Positions 39,657 to 50,905 of a stretch of DNA of 64,000 nt are shown one piece after another. The first letter of the stretch is position 1, and the number at the start of each line of letters is the position of its first letter. The position numbers and the translations under genes are program-made. Source of the stretch: an uncultured Planctomycetota bacterium (lineage in GTDB: Bacteria > Planctomycetota > Planctomycetia > Isosphaerales > Isosphaeraceae); contig CAWJTV010000036.1 in NCBI GenBank assembly GCA_963845755.1, positions 256,001 to 320,000 of the forward strand. Reading direction: 5' to 3'. The notes beneath the pieces were generated by a model, which saw only the letters and a program-made list of their open reading frames with translations, did not search any database and had not been told where the DNA came from.

Positions 39657-42600
39657 ATGTACCGGATCTCTCTCGCCTTTGGCCTTTGCGGTTTGCTGTT
39701 TACAGGCCTGACAACGCGGCTTGGCGCCCAGCCAAACCCGACGGATGAGCTCGCCGCGTCTCGACAGGCCGGGCTCAACGGCGGCGATCCAGCACATGGG
39801 AAGATCCTGTTCGAGTCGGAAGCCGTGGGTTGCAAGAAGTGCCATCTCTTGAAGGGCGACGAGCGTCGCGCGGGACCCGACCTGGGGGTCATCGGCGACA
39901 AGTACGGGCGAGAGCAACTGATCCAGTCAGTGCTGGAACCGAATGCCACGATCCACCCCGATTACGGCACGATCGTCGCCACGACGAAGGACGGCAAGGT
40001 GCACACGGGTGTCCTGTGCAAACGGACCGACGGGGAACTTCAGTTACTCGACGCGGAGGGCAAACTGGTGCGATTGCCACGCGCTGAGATCGACCAGGAG
40101 CAGCGGATTGGCACGTCCTTGATGCCCGCTGGACTGCACAAGACCTTGAAGGCCGAGCAGTTCGCGGACCTGATCGCGTATCTCGAGACGTTGAAGCAAC
40201 CCGAAGGCGAGTTGCAGTTCGCCGGCATGCCGAGTGCGATTCCCTGGGTCGAAAAACCGATCCAGCTCGTGCCGATGCACAAGGACGAGCTGCGGTTCGA
40301 CCATCCGGTCTGGATCCTCGCGATACCGGGGAGCCGGAACGCGTTTCTCGTCGTCGAACAGAAGACGCGAAAGATCTGGCGTTTCGAGCTGGGCGAGCGC
40401 GAGCCGCGAAAGGAACTGTTCGCCGACTTCAGCAACGAAGCGAGTACCGGTGAATTCGAGGGCGTGGTGTGTATCGCGTTTCATCCGCGGTTCCTCGAAA
40501 ACCGTAAGTACTACGTGAACTACCACGTCCGCAATCAAGGCAGTTTCTTCTCGCCGGTGATCGTCGAGCGGCAGGCGACGTCCGACCTGAGGCGCGACGC
40601 GGGCGTCCCCTCCCGGCGATTGTTGCAGATCCCTCAGGACACGGATCTGCACTGGGGCGGCATGCTGGCGTTTGGCCCGGACGGGTTTCTGTACATTGGC
40701 GCCGGCGACGCCGGCCCGCAGGAAGACCCCGAAGGTCACAGCCAGGACCTGAGTCGGTTGACCGGAAACATCCTGCGGATCGACGTTGACCGCCAGGAGG
40801 GTGGCAAGCCGTACGCGATTCCCCAGTCGAATCCGTATCGAACGGCCGCCCCCCCTGCCCGTCCGGAGATCTGGGCATCCGGCTTTCGCATGCCGTGGCG
40901 CTTCAGCTTCGATCCGGTCACGGACGATCTGTGGGTCGGCGACGTCGGCCAGAACCTGTTCGAAGAAGTCGCGATCGCCCGCTGCGGCGAGAACCACGGC
41001 TGGAATGTCTACGAGGGCTTCACGAAGTTCTCGGATCGATACCGCGCGCGGGCGCGACGTACACGCCGCCCGTGATGACCTATCGCCGCAAGTACGGTGT
41101 TTCGGTGACGGGGGGTTACGTTTATCGGGGAAAGCGCAACGCGTCGTATTGTGGCACCTACATCTTCGGAGATTTCGAGTCGAAGCGGATCTGGGCGTTG
41201 ACGCAATCCGATCGCCAGTTGACCAAGGTTCGACAGATCGGCGAGTCTCCACAGAGAATCGCCTCGTTCGGCGTCGATTCCGATGGCGAGTTGTTAATGG
41301 TCGGCTACGAGGGGACGATCTTCCGGCTATTGCTCGAGGAATCCGACTTTAACGCGGATCGCCGATGGAAGGCTCACGTGAGGCTGCGTCGCAACAATGC
41401 CCCGGCCGCCGCTCGCGTCAGCATCGTCGGGAGCGACAACAAACCGTACGGGCCGGTTCACGCCGCGATCCGCAAGACGAAGCGTGACGAGTCGTACTTC
41501 TACGCGGAGGATTGCTTCGACGTGGAGCTGCCACCGGGACGAGTGCGGCTGAATGTCAGCGGCGGCATCGAGAGCATCCCGCAGACGGTCACCGTCGATT
41601 CCGAGACCACCACCGAGGTGACGGTGCCCCTGCAACACTGGATCGACATGGCGGCCCGCGGCTGGTACTCGGGCGATTCGCACGTGCACCTTCACACGGG
41701 CGGCCCGATCGCGGTGTCGGTTGCCAATGCGCTGGTCGCGGCCCGGGCGGAGGGCGTCAACTATGTCAACCTCTGCGTGTCGAACAGTGTCGGCGATGAC
41801 ATCCGCGATGCGGAGCTGATCACCGGCCGGCCGCACGCCGTTTCGACGGATCGGCACCTCCTCATCTTCGGCGAGGAGATGCGGAGCACGATCTACGGAC
41901 ACATGCAGTTCTTCGGCATTAACCGACTGGTCGAACCGCAGTATACGGGCTTCGACGGGACGCCGAACCACCTCGACTTCCCCGCGAACCACGTCATGGC
42001 CACGGAGGCAGTCCGCCAGGGAGGTATCGTGACGTACGGCCACCCCATCTTTCCCGGCCAGCCGTATCCGTTCGATAAGGACCCGGCGAAACCCACGGCC
42101 GCGGCGCGGGAGCTGCCGATCGATGCCGTACTCGGCGTGGTGCATGCTGTCGATCTGATGTCGTACAACTGCGATAAGGATCTCTCGGCCGGACTGTGGT
42201 ATCGCCTGCTGAATTGCGGGCTGAAGCTCTCGGCGTGTGTCGGCACCGACGCGCTGCTGGACCAATCGACTCAACCAATGGGCGGCGATCGGGTCTATGT
42301 GAAGACGGACGGTCCCCTGACGATGCAAAGCTGGCTCGACGGGCTAAAGGCCGGCCGGAGTTTCGTCACCAACGGCCCCATCCCGACTCTTGAAGTGAAT
42401 GGCAAAGGTCCCGGCGAGACGTGCGAACTGCCGGCCGCGGCCAACGTCCGCGTGGCCGTGACGGTGGACAGCTACGTGCCGTTCAATAAGGTCGACGTGA
42501 TCGTGAACGGCAAGGTGGCTGACTCACGACGACATCGCCGCGGGTGATCCGGCCGGGCTCCAGGTCCGACACCTCGTCATCGAGTTGCCGATCGAGGCGC

Positions 42601-42873
42601 AGTAGTTGGGTCGCCCTGCGGGTACGCGGTCCCGACCATCCCCTCGTCTTCGACGGGCCGGTCTGGGCTCACACGAGTCCGGTCTACGTCAAGGTCGCCG
42701 GCCAGAGCATCGCCAGTCGGCAGGATGCCGCGTTCTTCGTCGACTGGATCGAGCAGATGTTGCGAGTCGTCGCGGCCCGCAACCGATACGCCCGCCTCGA
42801 GGACCGGCGGCAGGTCGAGACGCTGTTTCGGAGGGCGCAGGACGAGTTCCGTAGGATGGTGGACGCAAACTAG
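39657..42873 (+). CDS. Fusion: heme c domain + PQQ/GSDH-type beta-propeller + CehA/McbA-like PHP metallohydrolase; frameshifts ~41050 and ~42540
   Basis: CKKCH..GPDL..SLMP; HWGGMLAFGPDG, GFRMPWRFSFD; GWYSGDSHVH, GTD, FVTNGP, WAHTSPVY. Confidence 0.8.
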
Positions 42874-43085
42874 CTGCGTCCCCGTTTCCCGTTCCCGAAG
42901 GCGTCTTCCACGAGCCGGTAAGCTCCCTCATTCCCCCTGGCGAACGAATGAAGCGGGATCATCATCCCGGCATTTACCAGTTCACGGTAGGCCGGGCGTG
43001 TTTCGTCGGTGACCTCCACCCACTCGCCGGACAAGCGGCAACGGAGTAAGCCCATGGCTGCCTCGGACAGGGCAATCGTTTGCAT
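42870..43085 (-). CDS. Small hypothetical protein
   Basis: 71-aa ORF with GGGAGG SD; the 3' end runs into a GTCCCC repeat. Confidence 0.5.
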   Translation of the reverse strand: MQTIALSEAAMGLLRCRLSGEWVEVTDETRPAYRELVNAGMMIPLHSFARGNEGAYRLVEDAFGNGKRGRS

Positions 43086-43172
43086 GGCGGTTCCCTCCCG
43101 TCGGCATTTTACCGACCCTCTAGGTCAGGCGGAATCCGAATCGTCCCACGCCCATCAGGTTAAAGCACGCTA

Positions 43173-43272
43173 CGTCCCCGCTTTTGCTTCAGTTAAGCCC
43201 GTCCCCGTTTTTGCGTTCGTCCCCGTTTTTGCTTCGTCCCCGTTTTTGCGTTTTTGCCGTCCCGTTTTTGCC
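43173..43272. repeat. Short direct-repeat cluster (CGTCCCCGTTTTTGC)
   Basis: About 5 degenerate copies. Confidence 0.8.
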
Positions 43273-43321
43273 GTCGTGGAGACCGACTCAATCCCGGGGC
43301 GGCGGAATTCGAGCGAATCCT

Positions 43322-43807
43322 TCATCGCCTGACGAGAATCATCCGATCATAATAGGCCGCATACCAGGATCGGACTCGCATGAGGATGGAATCGAGACCC
43401 GCCCTGGTCGCCTTCTCGCAGGCGAATCGTTCATTCAGGATCAGAATGGGTGCTCCTTCAGAGACATCCGGCTCCATCCTCCAGGAGAAGACCCCTTCGT
43501 CAGTCTGCATCGAGAAGAGCAGGATCAGGACGGGGAATGGGTATTTCTTGCCCGTCTTCAATACCCGGGAGTGCGTATTCAGCCACTTCTCCGCCCATCG
43601 CTCACCCGTGATGGGTTCCGAGACACCTCCACTGATCACACCAAAGACCATTTCGGCGTCATCTTCATCAGCCAGGATCCGGCAGATCGCACCGAGACCA
43701 CCCATCTCCTCGAGAGAGATGACGTCCACGTTGTTGCGACCTGTTAGGAAGACCGTCGCGAGCGCTTGGGTGCGATGCTCGATCATGAGTGATGATGTTC
43801 TGCTCAT
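43322..43807 (-). CDS. Hypothetical protein, possibly a degenerate restriction-endonuclease-like fold
   Basis: ATGA overlap with the upstream gene; FPVLILLF..DEGVFSW resembles DUF4365-type C-termini. Confidence 0.55.
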   Translation of the reverse strand: MSRTSSLMIEHRTQALATVFLTGRNNVDVISLEEMGGLGAICRILADEDDAEMVFGVISGGVSEPITGERWAEKWLNTHSRVLKTGKKYPFPVLILLFSMQTDEGVFSWRMEPDVSEGAPILILNERFACEKATRAGLDSILMRVRSWYAAYYDRMILVRR

Positions 43808-44301
43808 CGGCAAACCCTCAATCCGACGAATCTCGACTTCCGGGCCAGGATGGTCTTCGCCTGCCAATAATCATCGACCTCTTTCCAGAGGGCCCTCAGC
43901 GTGCGACAGTTCAGCGAGTGTCGCACGGGGATGCCGTGGATGCCTCCGGCGGACGCCTCCGTGATCGCGGCGATGTAACCGCAGACCCGTTCGATATCGA
44001 TACCGACCACATAAACGGGGGCATGGATCTGCTTCAGCTTCTCCACGTCCTTGCCGGTGATGGAGACTTCAAGTTTCCGATAGGCGCCCCGTCCTGTATA
44101 CCTGCTTCTCGTCGATTTCACCTGGACATATAACTGGGCATGGCCCGCAGTCGGTTCGATCAGCTCGACCATAAAATCGGTCGTATCGTGCTTCTCGCCG
44201 AGGAATGTCTCGATGAACCAGGGATGACCGTCGCACCACTTGGTGATGAGGACCGTGAAGATGCTCTCACCCCTCCTACCGATGTAATCCTTGAGGTTCA
44301 C
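43804..44301 (-). CDS. DUF4365-like PD-(D/E)XK nuclease-fold protein
   Basis: IGRRGE..F, DFMVE, YVQVKST, PVYVVGID. Confidence 0.75.
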   Translation of the reverse strand: MNLKDYIGRRGESIFTVLITKWCDGHPWFIETFLGEKHDTTDFMVELIEPTAGHAQLYVQVKSTRSRYTGRGAYRKLEVSITGKDVEKLKQIHAPVYVVGIDIERVCGYIAAITEASAGGIHGIPVRHSLNCRTLRALWKEVDDYWQAKTILARKSRFVGLRVCR

Positions 44302-44893
44302 CGTGCGTCCCCGAGCGATCTCTCTGGCCGGATTCGTACGAGACTTCGCTCATCATCATCCCATTCTAGCGGCCACGCCGGGACGCGGGAAGCTGAAACG
44401 ATGATCTGTATACCTGGTCAAAGATGGTCATCGGCAAGCCCGTCATCTCTGCGCCCTTGAGCCCCTGGAGTTGCTCCGGCGGGATCATCCGCGAATGCTC
44501 GCGGTCGGCCAGGACGCATCCGGTCTCTTGCTGGAGGCGGAGGCGCGAATTCCTCAGCGGTTCGGTTATGCCAGCCGCCGATGCGCCAGGGACAGAGGAG
44601 ATACCCCTCTCGGAATTCGACCTTCCCTCCCTCCAGTCTCGGATCGCCGTCCGGATCGAGGGTACCCAACTCGCCGAGCAGGCGATGGACGCCTTCCCTC
44701 TCCCAGGGCCGGAGGACAACGGGGTGCAATGGGGAAATTCCTGAATCTTGAGTCGGGCCTCGGTTTATTTGCTTTCTCACTTCTAACACGGAATAATCGC
44801 TCTGTCGCGATGCCTCTTGGCTGGCGGATTCCATCACCGGCGTTTTCTCAGGTCTCCGATCACATTTCCAATGAGGATGAGGACGAAAAAACC

Positions 44894-45571
44894 ATGAGCA
44901 ACCGCACCAATGTGCGCAAGACCGCACCGCGTTTCGACCTCCTGGAGCGTCGCGACTATCCTTCCTCGCCTGCTGGCGCAGTCGGACTGCTCCTGTTTCA
45001 CCCGGATCACGCGATCGCGATGGAACAGGTGACAACTCACAGGGGCGTCTCCAAGCACAACCCGCACGACCTGGTCTCGCATTCCATCCACGAGGCCAAG
45101 AAAAAGAAGAAGCCGCACCCGGTCGTCGGCCCTCAAGGCCCCGCGGGACCCCAGGGGCCGGCGGGTCTGCAAGGCCCGGCAGGTCCTCAAGGTCCGGCAG
45201 GTCCGTCCGGCGCGTCGTCACGTTCGATCTGGCCCCGGGCGCGTTCGTCGGCGCCCATCACCGTGAAGTCGGATGATCCGGTGTTCATCGTCGGGAACAC
45301 GACGACGGTGGGCTACCGCGGCACCGGATACATGAGCCTGGAACATGCGTCCGGAAGCTTCCTGGAGTGGACCGGCGTGAATGCGTCGCAAGGAACAACG
45401 CCAACCTTGGCGGGGGGATTCACGTCGACAGCCGGCACCAACATGATCACGATCGACTACAGCGGGAACGTTTCGCTCCAGGTCACCGATGCGGACCACT
45501 TCGTCGTCCACAATGCCTCGGGCGGTGAGCGGACGGGCAGCATCTGGATCCTCGAAGGCCCCATGCCGTGA
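44894..45571 (+). CDS. Collagen-like repeat protein, probably extracellular
   Basis: (GPQGPA)n, about 10 GXY triplets; N-terminal DLLERRDYPS like the LEPRxLL motif. Confidence 0.7.
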   Translation: MSNRTNVRKTAPRFDLLERRDYPSSPAGAVGLLLFHPDHAIAMEQVTTHRGVSKHNPHDLVSHSIHEAKKKKKPHPVVGPQGPAGPQGPAGLQGPAGPQGPAGPSGASSRSIWPRARSSAPITVKSDDPVFIVGNTTTVGYRGTGYMSLEHASGSFLEWTGVNASQGTTPTLAGGFTSTAGTNMITIDYSGNVSLQVTDADHFVVHNASGGERTGSIWILEGPMP

Positions 45572-45625
45572 TGCTCGGAACCTCCGCGGTTGGCCGCAGC
45601 CGACCGGTGATCGTCTCGGGAGGGG

Positions 45626-46243
45626 TCAATGGCCACGTAACAAATTTTGCGGGCCGACAGGCCACCCCTTGCTCACCAGCCATTCCTGCCACCAGCGGTC
45701 GTGCTCTCGGATTCTCTTCTGATCGTCCGCAGGCAGGTCGGGGCCGGGCTCCGGGATGGGACTCAGCTCGGGCAGGCCTACTCTGGCGCGAAGTTCGTTG
45801 ACACGATCCGAGTCGGCGAGCTTCCAGGGTCGAATCCGCCCGTCGCGGGGATCGTCCAACCACTGCGTACCGAATCGCTGCGGACGACCCTCGTACATCG
45901 CGATGCGATCTTCGAGATACGCCGCCTGCCATGCTGGGATACGGCCCTCGGCTGCACACTCGCGCATTCGCTGCAGCGCTCGACGCTGGAACTCTGGTTC
46001 CCCGATCGCATGCTGAGCGATGAGCCATGCCGCCTTCGCACCGTCTTCGCCGACGATGTCTTCGGCGGGCCAGCCCTGCTGCTCGACGATCTCCCTCAGA
46101 CGGGCGGCATTCTTGACGTGAACCGCCTCCATGCGCGGAACATAGGTCCCGCCGAGCTCGTTCGCGGCCAAAAGTTCGTCACGGACTCGCACGTCTTCGT
46201 CGCGCATCGCGATGAGTTCGCGCCGCAGTGTTTCATTCATCAT
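45626..46243 (-). CDS. DUF6624-like protein
   Basis: L..M..ED..VR, GWP..VG.DG..AAWLIAQHA, AYLEDR, PQRFGTQ. Confidence 0.8.
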   Translation of the reverse strand: MMNETLRRELIAMRDEDVRVRDELLAANELGGTYVPRMEAVHVKNAARLREIVEQQGWPAEDIVGEDGAKAAWLIAQHAIGEPEFQRRALQRMRECAAEGRIPAWQAAYLEDRIAMYEGRPQRFGTQWLDDPRDGRIRPWKLADSDRVNELRARVGLPELSPIPEPGPDLPADDQKRIREHDRWWQEWLVSKGWPVGPQNLLRGH

Positions 46244-46402
46244 GGACTCAAACCTGTTTGTGCTGTACGTGAAAGTCGGGACGGAGAAACAGATATAGAA
46301 GTGAGCAATTCATGGTCACTTTTTCAGAAATCGACAGGAGTGCAGCATTTCTATCTAGAGCGCATAACAGATGGGTTGCGCACACTCTGTCAGCCGATGT
46401 TC

Positions 46403-46552
46403 TGCGGCCTGACGGGCCGCGTGATCCCAGCCCAGGGTGAAACCCTGGGACTCGTGCTCCTGCGGCCCGTCAGGCCGCCAGAGTTGGGGGCTGGCTTGCC
46501 GCGGACTCCGGGTTTCACCCGGGGCTTTGCTCCTGCGGCCCTGTGGGCCGCC
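46403..46552. repeat. BIME/REP-like cluster of short palindromes
   Basis: GCGGCCTGACGGGCCGC, CCCAGGGTGAAACCCTGGG, GCGGCCCGTCAGGCCGC, CCGGGTTTCACCCGG. Confidence 0.7.
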
Positions 46553-46641
46553 GGCGGACGTCGTCCCTTCTGGGCTGCGGTGGGTTCGATCGCGCGCGCG
46601 GCGCGCGTGCGCAATGCAAACGTTACGCGCTCTACCCATCG

Positions 46642-47409
46642 TCACGCTGTCCCCCACGCTCCGCCGGCAATAGCGCCGTTGTTGGCACTCCCCGAGCTAT
46701 CGTTCGCGACGATCCCGCTCCCCTCGTCCAGCAGGAACTCGGCCACCAGGTCGTCCCTGGGCGTGGCCGCGTCGCTCTCGTACATCGCCCGGATCTCGTC
46801 GCCGCACAGGACGCGGCCCCATATCCGCACGCGGGCGATGCTCCCGAGGAAAAAGCTCTTCATGTCCTCGGTGCCGATCCGTAACGGCGAATTGCCCGCC
46901 TCCGGGTAGATGACGACCTGCGTCCCACTGTTGTCGAGCATCACCGGGCACGCCGCGTCGCCGACCCCGCGATAGCTGTCGCAGTCGGTCCTCTCGCCAT
47001 TGCGGTACAGGATCGTCCGCCGATCGTCAGCAACCCCAACGATCAGCCGCCACTCCGTTCCGATCCCTACCGGTCCCGGGACATAGCTGCCGACGCCCAG
47101 ACCTCCCCTGGGGTTGAAGAGGTAGAAGCTGGTCCTCTGAGGTCGGTCGGGAAACGACTGGTTGTACATCCGGCAGGCCCACTCGCGGTCGCCTTGGTCG
47201 CCGGATTGCCGCCCCTTTCCCATCCAGTGGACGTAGCCCTCCGGACTCACGGGGAAATCGTCGATGTCCGCCCGGATCCACGCCGAGACGGTCAGCGCGT
47301 GATTCCGGCTCACGCTGTATGCGGCGTGGTTCGGCACCTCGACATGGGTCGCATGCCCATCAAAGAGCAGGATCGGATCACCCGGTTGGGGCGACGCGTT
47401 GATGGCCAT
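46642..47409 (-). CDS. LamG-like jellyroll (concanavalin A-like) domain protein
   Basis: FDG, LTVSAWI, LYRNG, LRIG, FLGSIARVRIW, DEGSG..ANDSSG. Confidence 0.8.
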   Translation of the reverse strand: MAINASPQPGDPILLFDGHATHVEVPNHAAYSVSRNHALTVSAWIRADIDDFPVSPEGYVHWMGKGRQSGDQGDREWACRMYNQSFPDRPQRTSFYLFNPRGGLGVGSYVPGPVGIGTEWRLIVGVADDRRTILYRNGERTDCDSYRGVGDAACPVMLDNSGTQVVIYPEAGNSPLRIGTEDMKSFFLGSIARVRIWGRVLCGDEIRAMYESDAATPRDDLVAEFLLDEGSGIVANDSSGSANNGAIAGGAWGTA

Positions 47410-47530
47410 GGTCGGGTCCTCTCCGAGAAGATGGGAACGTCCATGCGTAACCCGTGCTCTCACGGGATTCCGCCGCCGTTTTCCTGACGCGGCCTTCGGC
47501 CGCAACGTCTCTTCCTGACGCCAGGGGAAT

Positions 47531-47635
47531 TCTCGTTCCCATGCTCTGCGTGGGAACGTCCGGGTGCGACGCTCCGCGTCGCCGGGGCCGCAGAGCGGCC
47601 AGGACGGCATTCCCACGCAGAGCATGGGAACGAGA
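47531..47635. repeat. REP-like inverted pair (TCTCGTTCCCATGCTCTGCGTGGGAA)
   Basis: 26-bp perfect inverted arms, each itself a small hairpin. Confidence 0.8.
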
Positions 47636-47657
47636 TAACCCGGTGTCGTAATAACAG

Positions 47658-48248
47658 TCACTTCTTGACCCGGATATTCCGATATTCGATCACGTGGGTC
47701 TCGGATTGCAGGGCGAGCGGGCCCTTGTCGGGGATCTCGAGGGCGGCCTCGAGAAGCTCGCCGTTGCATGTGCATCGGGCCTTCGCGCCGGTGACGACCA
47801 CTTCGATCGCGTTCCAGTCGCCATCCCGGTACTTCTTGAGCGTTTTGTACGGGCCGACCCGAAGATAGTCGCGGATCTGGAGTTGATGCGCAAAGGCCTT
47901 GTCGCGCAGGTGCAGCCCGCTATTCGCGTCCCGGGAGGCGCGGAATTCCAGGCGAAGGGTGAAATCGCCGTCATACGATTCCACCGTGTCGATCTCGGTC
48001 ATCTTCGGGGGCGTGTCCTTCGAGCCCGTAATCACGAGCACCCCGTCCCTGACCGCGAACCGGCCGTCGTCGGAGGCCGTCTTGCCGGCGAGGTCCGTAC
48101 TGCCTACGCGCCAGCCGGTCAGATCCTTGCCGTTGAAGATGGGCCGGAAACCAGGCTCATCCGCACCTGCGGCGGAGAAGAGGATTGCCGAGGCCAGGAT
48201 CGCGAAGGCATTCCACCGAAACGTTCGACGTCGATCAAACCGACTCAT
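47658..48248 (-). CDS. DUF1080 (3-keto-disaccharide hydrolase-like) protein
   Basis: IFNGKDLTGW, DFTLRLEF, NSG, WN, LQSE, YRNIRVK. Confidence 0.88.
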   Translation of the reverse strand: MSRFDRRRTFRWNAFAILASAILFSAAGADEPGFRPIFNGKDLTGWRVGSTDLAGKTASDDGRFAVRDGVLVITGSKDTPPKMTEIDTVESYDGDFTLRLEFRASRDANSGLHLRDKAFAHQLQIRDYLRVGPYKTLKKYRDGDWNAIEVVVTGAKARCTCNGELLEAALEIPDKGPLALQSETHVIEYRNIRVKK

Positions 48249-48377
48249 CAGGATGCTCCCGAGAAGGATCGGATTTCGAATGATTACTTTCCGAGGTCGG
48301 TCATTCGTTACGTCCCCTTTCGTCTCCCACACACCACCGGCGCCGATGGGACTGCTGAAGACGATCGTGGTGACCGA

Positions 48378-49562
48378 TCAGTTGCCGCGGTCGGGCTTGG
48401 CGGGCGCCGCTCCCGGTGCTGCGGGAGTTCCTCGCGCGGGCGACTGGCCTGCTCGGCCTGCGCCTCCACGTCCCTGTCCCATGGGACGGGGCGGCCTGGC
48501 GACGTAACCGGCTACGTCCTTCGCGGCCCTGGTTTCGATGCCAGGCTTCTGGAGGAAGCCGAGGTCTCGCATCCAGTCGATGAAGCGAAACTGCCAGGTC
48601 CCGAAGGGGATGTTATTGCGGTCGGCCAGGCCGGCGGACATGCGGCTCCCGTCCGGCATGGGGTCGCCGGGGTGGCGGCCGTTGCCGTAGAGGTGCATCT
48701 CCACATTGGGGACGCCGGCCATCAACATCGCCTGGTAATAGTCGAGAGCCCAGATGGTGTGGACCCGGTCACCGGCGCTGCCACAGACGAGAAACGCGGG
48801 CGGAACGTCTTTGGGGATGGGCGGCGCGGTGCGGTTGCGGGCGAAGGGCGTCGGGCCGGGGTAGATGAGACAGGCGAAATCCGGTCGCGAGGAGATGCCG
48901 GCGAACGGGTCGGAAGGATCGTGGTTTTTCTTGTCCCAGTCTTCGTAGAGAACGGCCGCCGGAGCGGCGAGTTCGGCGCCGGCAGAGAAGCCCATCACGC
49001 CGATCCTGTTGGTGTCGATGCCCCATTCGTTGGCGTAGGCGCGGACGACCCGGACGGCCTGTTGCACGTCGTGAACGGCGTCGACCTCGGCAACGTAGCC
49101 GTCGGCACGCAACCGGTTACGAAGGATGATGGTGTTGATGCCGTAGTTGTAGAAGAAGGGGACGAAGTCGGCACTCTCACCGCCTACGTTCAGGGTTCGG
49201 TGACCGCCGCCGGCGATGACGATGACGGCCGTGCCGGTGTTGATGGCCTTCTCCACCATGTGGACTTCGATCGAAGGGTTGTGGATGGAGACGATGCTGG
49301 CGATGCGGCCGTGGACGGTCTGGCTCATCCTGTAGACCTCAGGCACGTGGATCTTGTCGGCCTTGAGGTAGGGCGAGTTCGGCGGGAACAGCGGCACGAC
49401 GATCCCGCCGGGCAGGATGGCTTGGGGGGAATAGGGCTGGCCGGTATCGGCGGCCGGCTTGGGTACGGCCTGGGGGGCCGGGAGCGGGGGAAGCGGAGCC
49501 TTCGTCTGGGCGACCGCGGCGCCACCGATCAGGCCCATGACGATTGAGACGAGGATTTCCAC
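48378..49562 (-). CDS. Alpha/beta hydrolase (carbohydrate esterase-like)
   Basis: AGGG, IGVMGFSAG, RPDFACLIYP, EMHLYGNGRH. Confidence 0.85.
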   Translation of the reverse strand: MEILVSIVMGLIGGAAVAQTKAPLPPLPAPQAVPKPAADTGQPYSPQAILPGGIVVPLFPPNSPYLKADKIHVPEVYRMSQTVHGRIASIVSIHNPSIEVHMVEKAINTGTAVIVIAGGGHRTLNVGGESADFVPFFYNYGINTIILRNRLRADGYVAEVDAVHDVQQAVRVVRAYANEWGIDTNRIGVMGFSAGAELAAPAAVLYEDWDKKNHDPSDPFAGISSRPDFACLIYPGPTPFARNRTAPPIPKDVPPAFLVCGSAGDRVHTIWALDYYQAMLMAGVPNVEMHLYGNGRHPGDPMPDGSRMSAGLADRNNIPFGTWQFRFIDWMRDLGFLQKPGIETRAAKDVAGYVARPPRPMGQGRGGAGRAGQSPARGTPAAPGAAPAKPDRGN

Positions 49563-49867
49563 GGATTGGTCCTTCGAATGCTCGCATTCATAGAGCTAAG
49601 CAATGATCAGAAAAACATTCGATCCCGCGGCGAGCCTTTCTCAGGCCCACGATTCGGGACGGCCCAAATGGGTCCATTTCAGGCTGCCGGGCCCATCGTG
49701 GGAAGAATCAATCCACGCGTATTCGCGCGGATCGACGAGTGCCTGATCCAGAACGCGCTAGATCGTCGTGTCAGATGTTACTCGCTTTGCGTATCAAACG
49801 CCACCAGGTCAGCCGAGGGCGCCCGTCAGCATGGAGCTCCTGGGGCGCCTGGGCTGCAAGAGTTCCT

Positions 49868-50905
49868 TCAAGGCGCCTTCGGAACCACCAGTTTGTTCGG
49901 GTCAACCACCACATGACGGATCTTCTTGCGGTGCCAGGTATAGGTGATGTGCACCAGTCCGTCGGCCGACTGGATCACGGCGGGGTAGGAGTATTCGCCG
50001 GGCTGGTCTTCGAGCACCAAGGCGGTCTTCCAGGTCTTGCCATCGGGCGAGATCGCGACGGTGAGCGGGCTGCGGCCTCTGGTCGTCGGATTGTAGACCA
50101 GCAGATGGCGGCCGTCGGCGAGGGTGACGGCGTCGATGCCGGAGTCGGGGTTGGGGAGCGAGGTGGCGACGAGCTTCGACCAGGTCTTGCCGCCGTCGGC
50201 CGACCAGCATTCGACGACCTTCGATTGCTGGCTTCGCGAAAGGGCCTGGATGCGGCCGTCGGGGTGGGTGAGCAGGGTCGGCTGGATGGCCTCCCAGGTC
50301 TTGTCGTCGTCGACGGGCCCGACGGTCTGCCAGGTCTGGCCGAGGTCGGTGGTGCGTTCGAAATGGACGCGCCAGCCTCGGTCTTCGAAGCTCGTGGGGG
50401 CGAGGATCGAGCCGTCTTTTAGCGTGATCGGCTTGTTCTTGACCGGGCCGAGAAATCCGTCGGGGAGCCGTCTGGGGTTCGACCACGTCTTGCCGTCGTC
50501 GCTCGACGAGATCAACATGCCCCACCAGTTCGCGGGGGTTGGCCCGGCCTTATAGAACAGCCAGAGCGGTCCACCTCTGGGTTGAAAGAGGACAGGGTTC
50601 CAGCACGGGAGACGTTTTCCCCCCTCGTCCCACTTCGCCACCTCCACCGGCGGCATCCACCCTTTGCCGTCGTTCCGAGACAGCCAGATGCCGACGTCGG
50701 GAGACCCTTCATCCGACCCGCCGAACCAGGCGGCGATCAGTCCGGACCTGGTTTCGACGATCGTCGAGGCATGCGCGGAGGGGAAAGGCGCATTCTCGAA
50801 GATGAATTGGCTGGAGATCAAGCCGGGCTGCGAGGCAGGAGCGGCCATTGCGCCGACCGCGAGGGTCGTCGCGAGCAAAACCATCGGGAAACGTGCAGGC
50901 GACAT
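49868..50905 (-). CDS. BNR-repeat sialidase family protein
   Basis: HASTIVE, repeated Asp boxes (SSDDGKTW, SADGGKTW), YSYP. Confidence 0.88.
   Translation of the reverse strand: MSPARFPMVLLATTLAVGAMAAPASQPGLISSQFIFENAPFPSAHASTIVETRSGLIAAWFGGSDEGSPDVGIWLSRNDGKGWMPPVEVAKWDEGGKRLPCWNPVLFQPRGGPLWLFYKAGPTPANWWGMLISSSDDGKTWSNPRRLPDGFLGPVKNKPITLKDGSILAPTSFEDRGWRVHFERTTDLGQTWQTVGPVDDDKTWEAIQPTLLTHPDGRIQALSRSQQSKVVECWSADGGKTWSKLVATSLPNPDSGIDAVTLADGRHLLVYNPTTRGRSPLTVAISPDGKTWKTALVLEDQPGEYSYPAVIQSADGLVHITYTWHRKKIRHVVVDPNKLVVPKAP

Noticed and set aside
43173..43272. GTCCCCG repeats resembling a CRISPR repeat start
   Set aside because: Units are only ~15-18 bp with no spacers.
44366..44760. Possible small gene on the minus strand
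   Set aside because: Fragmented across frames with no identifiable motif.
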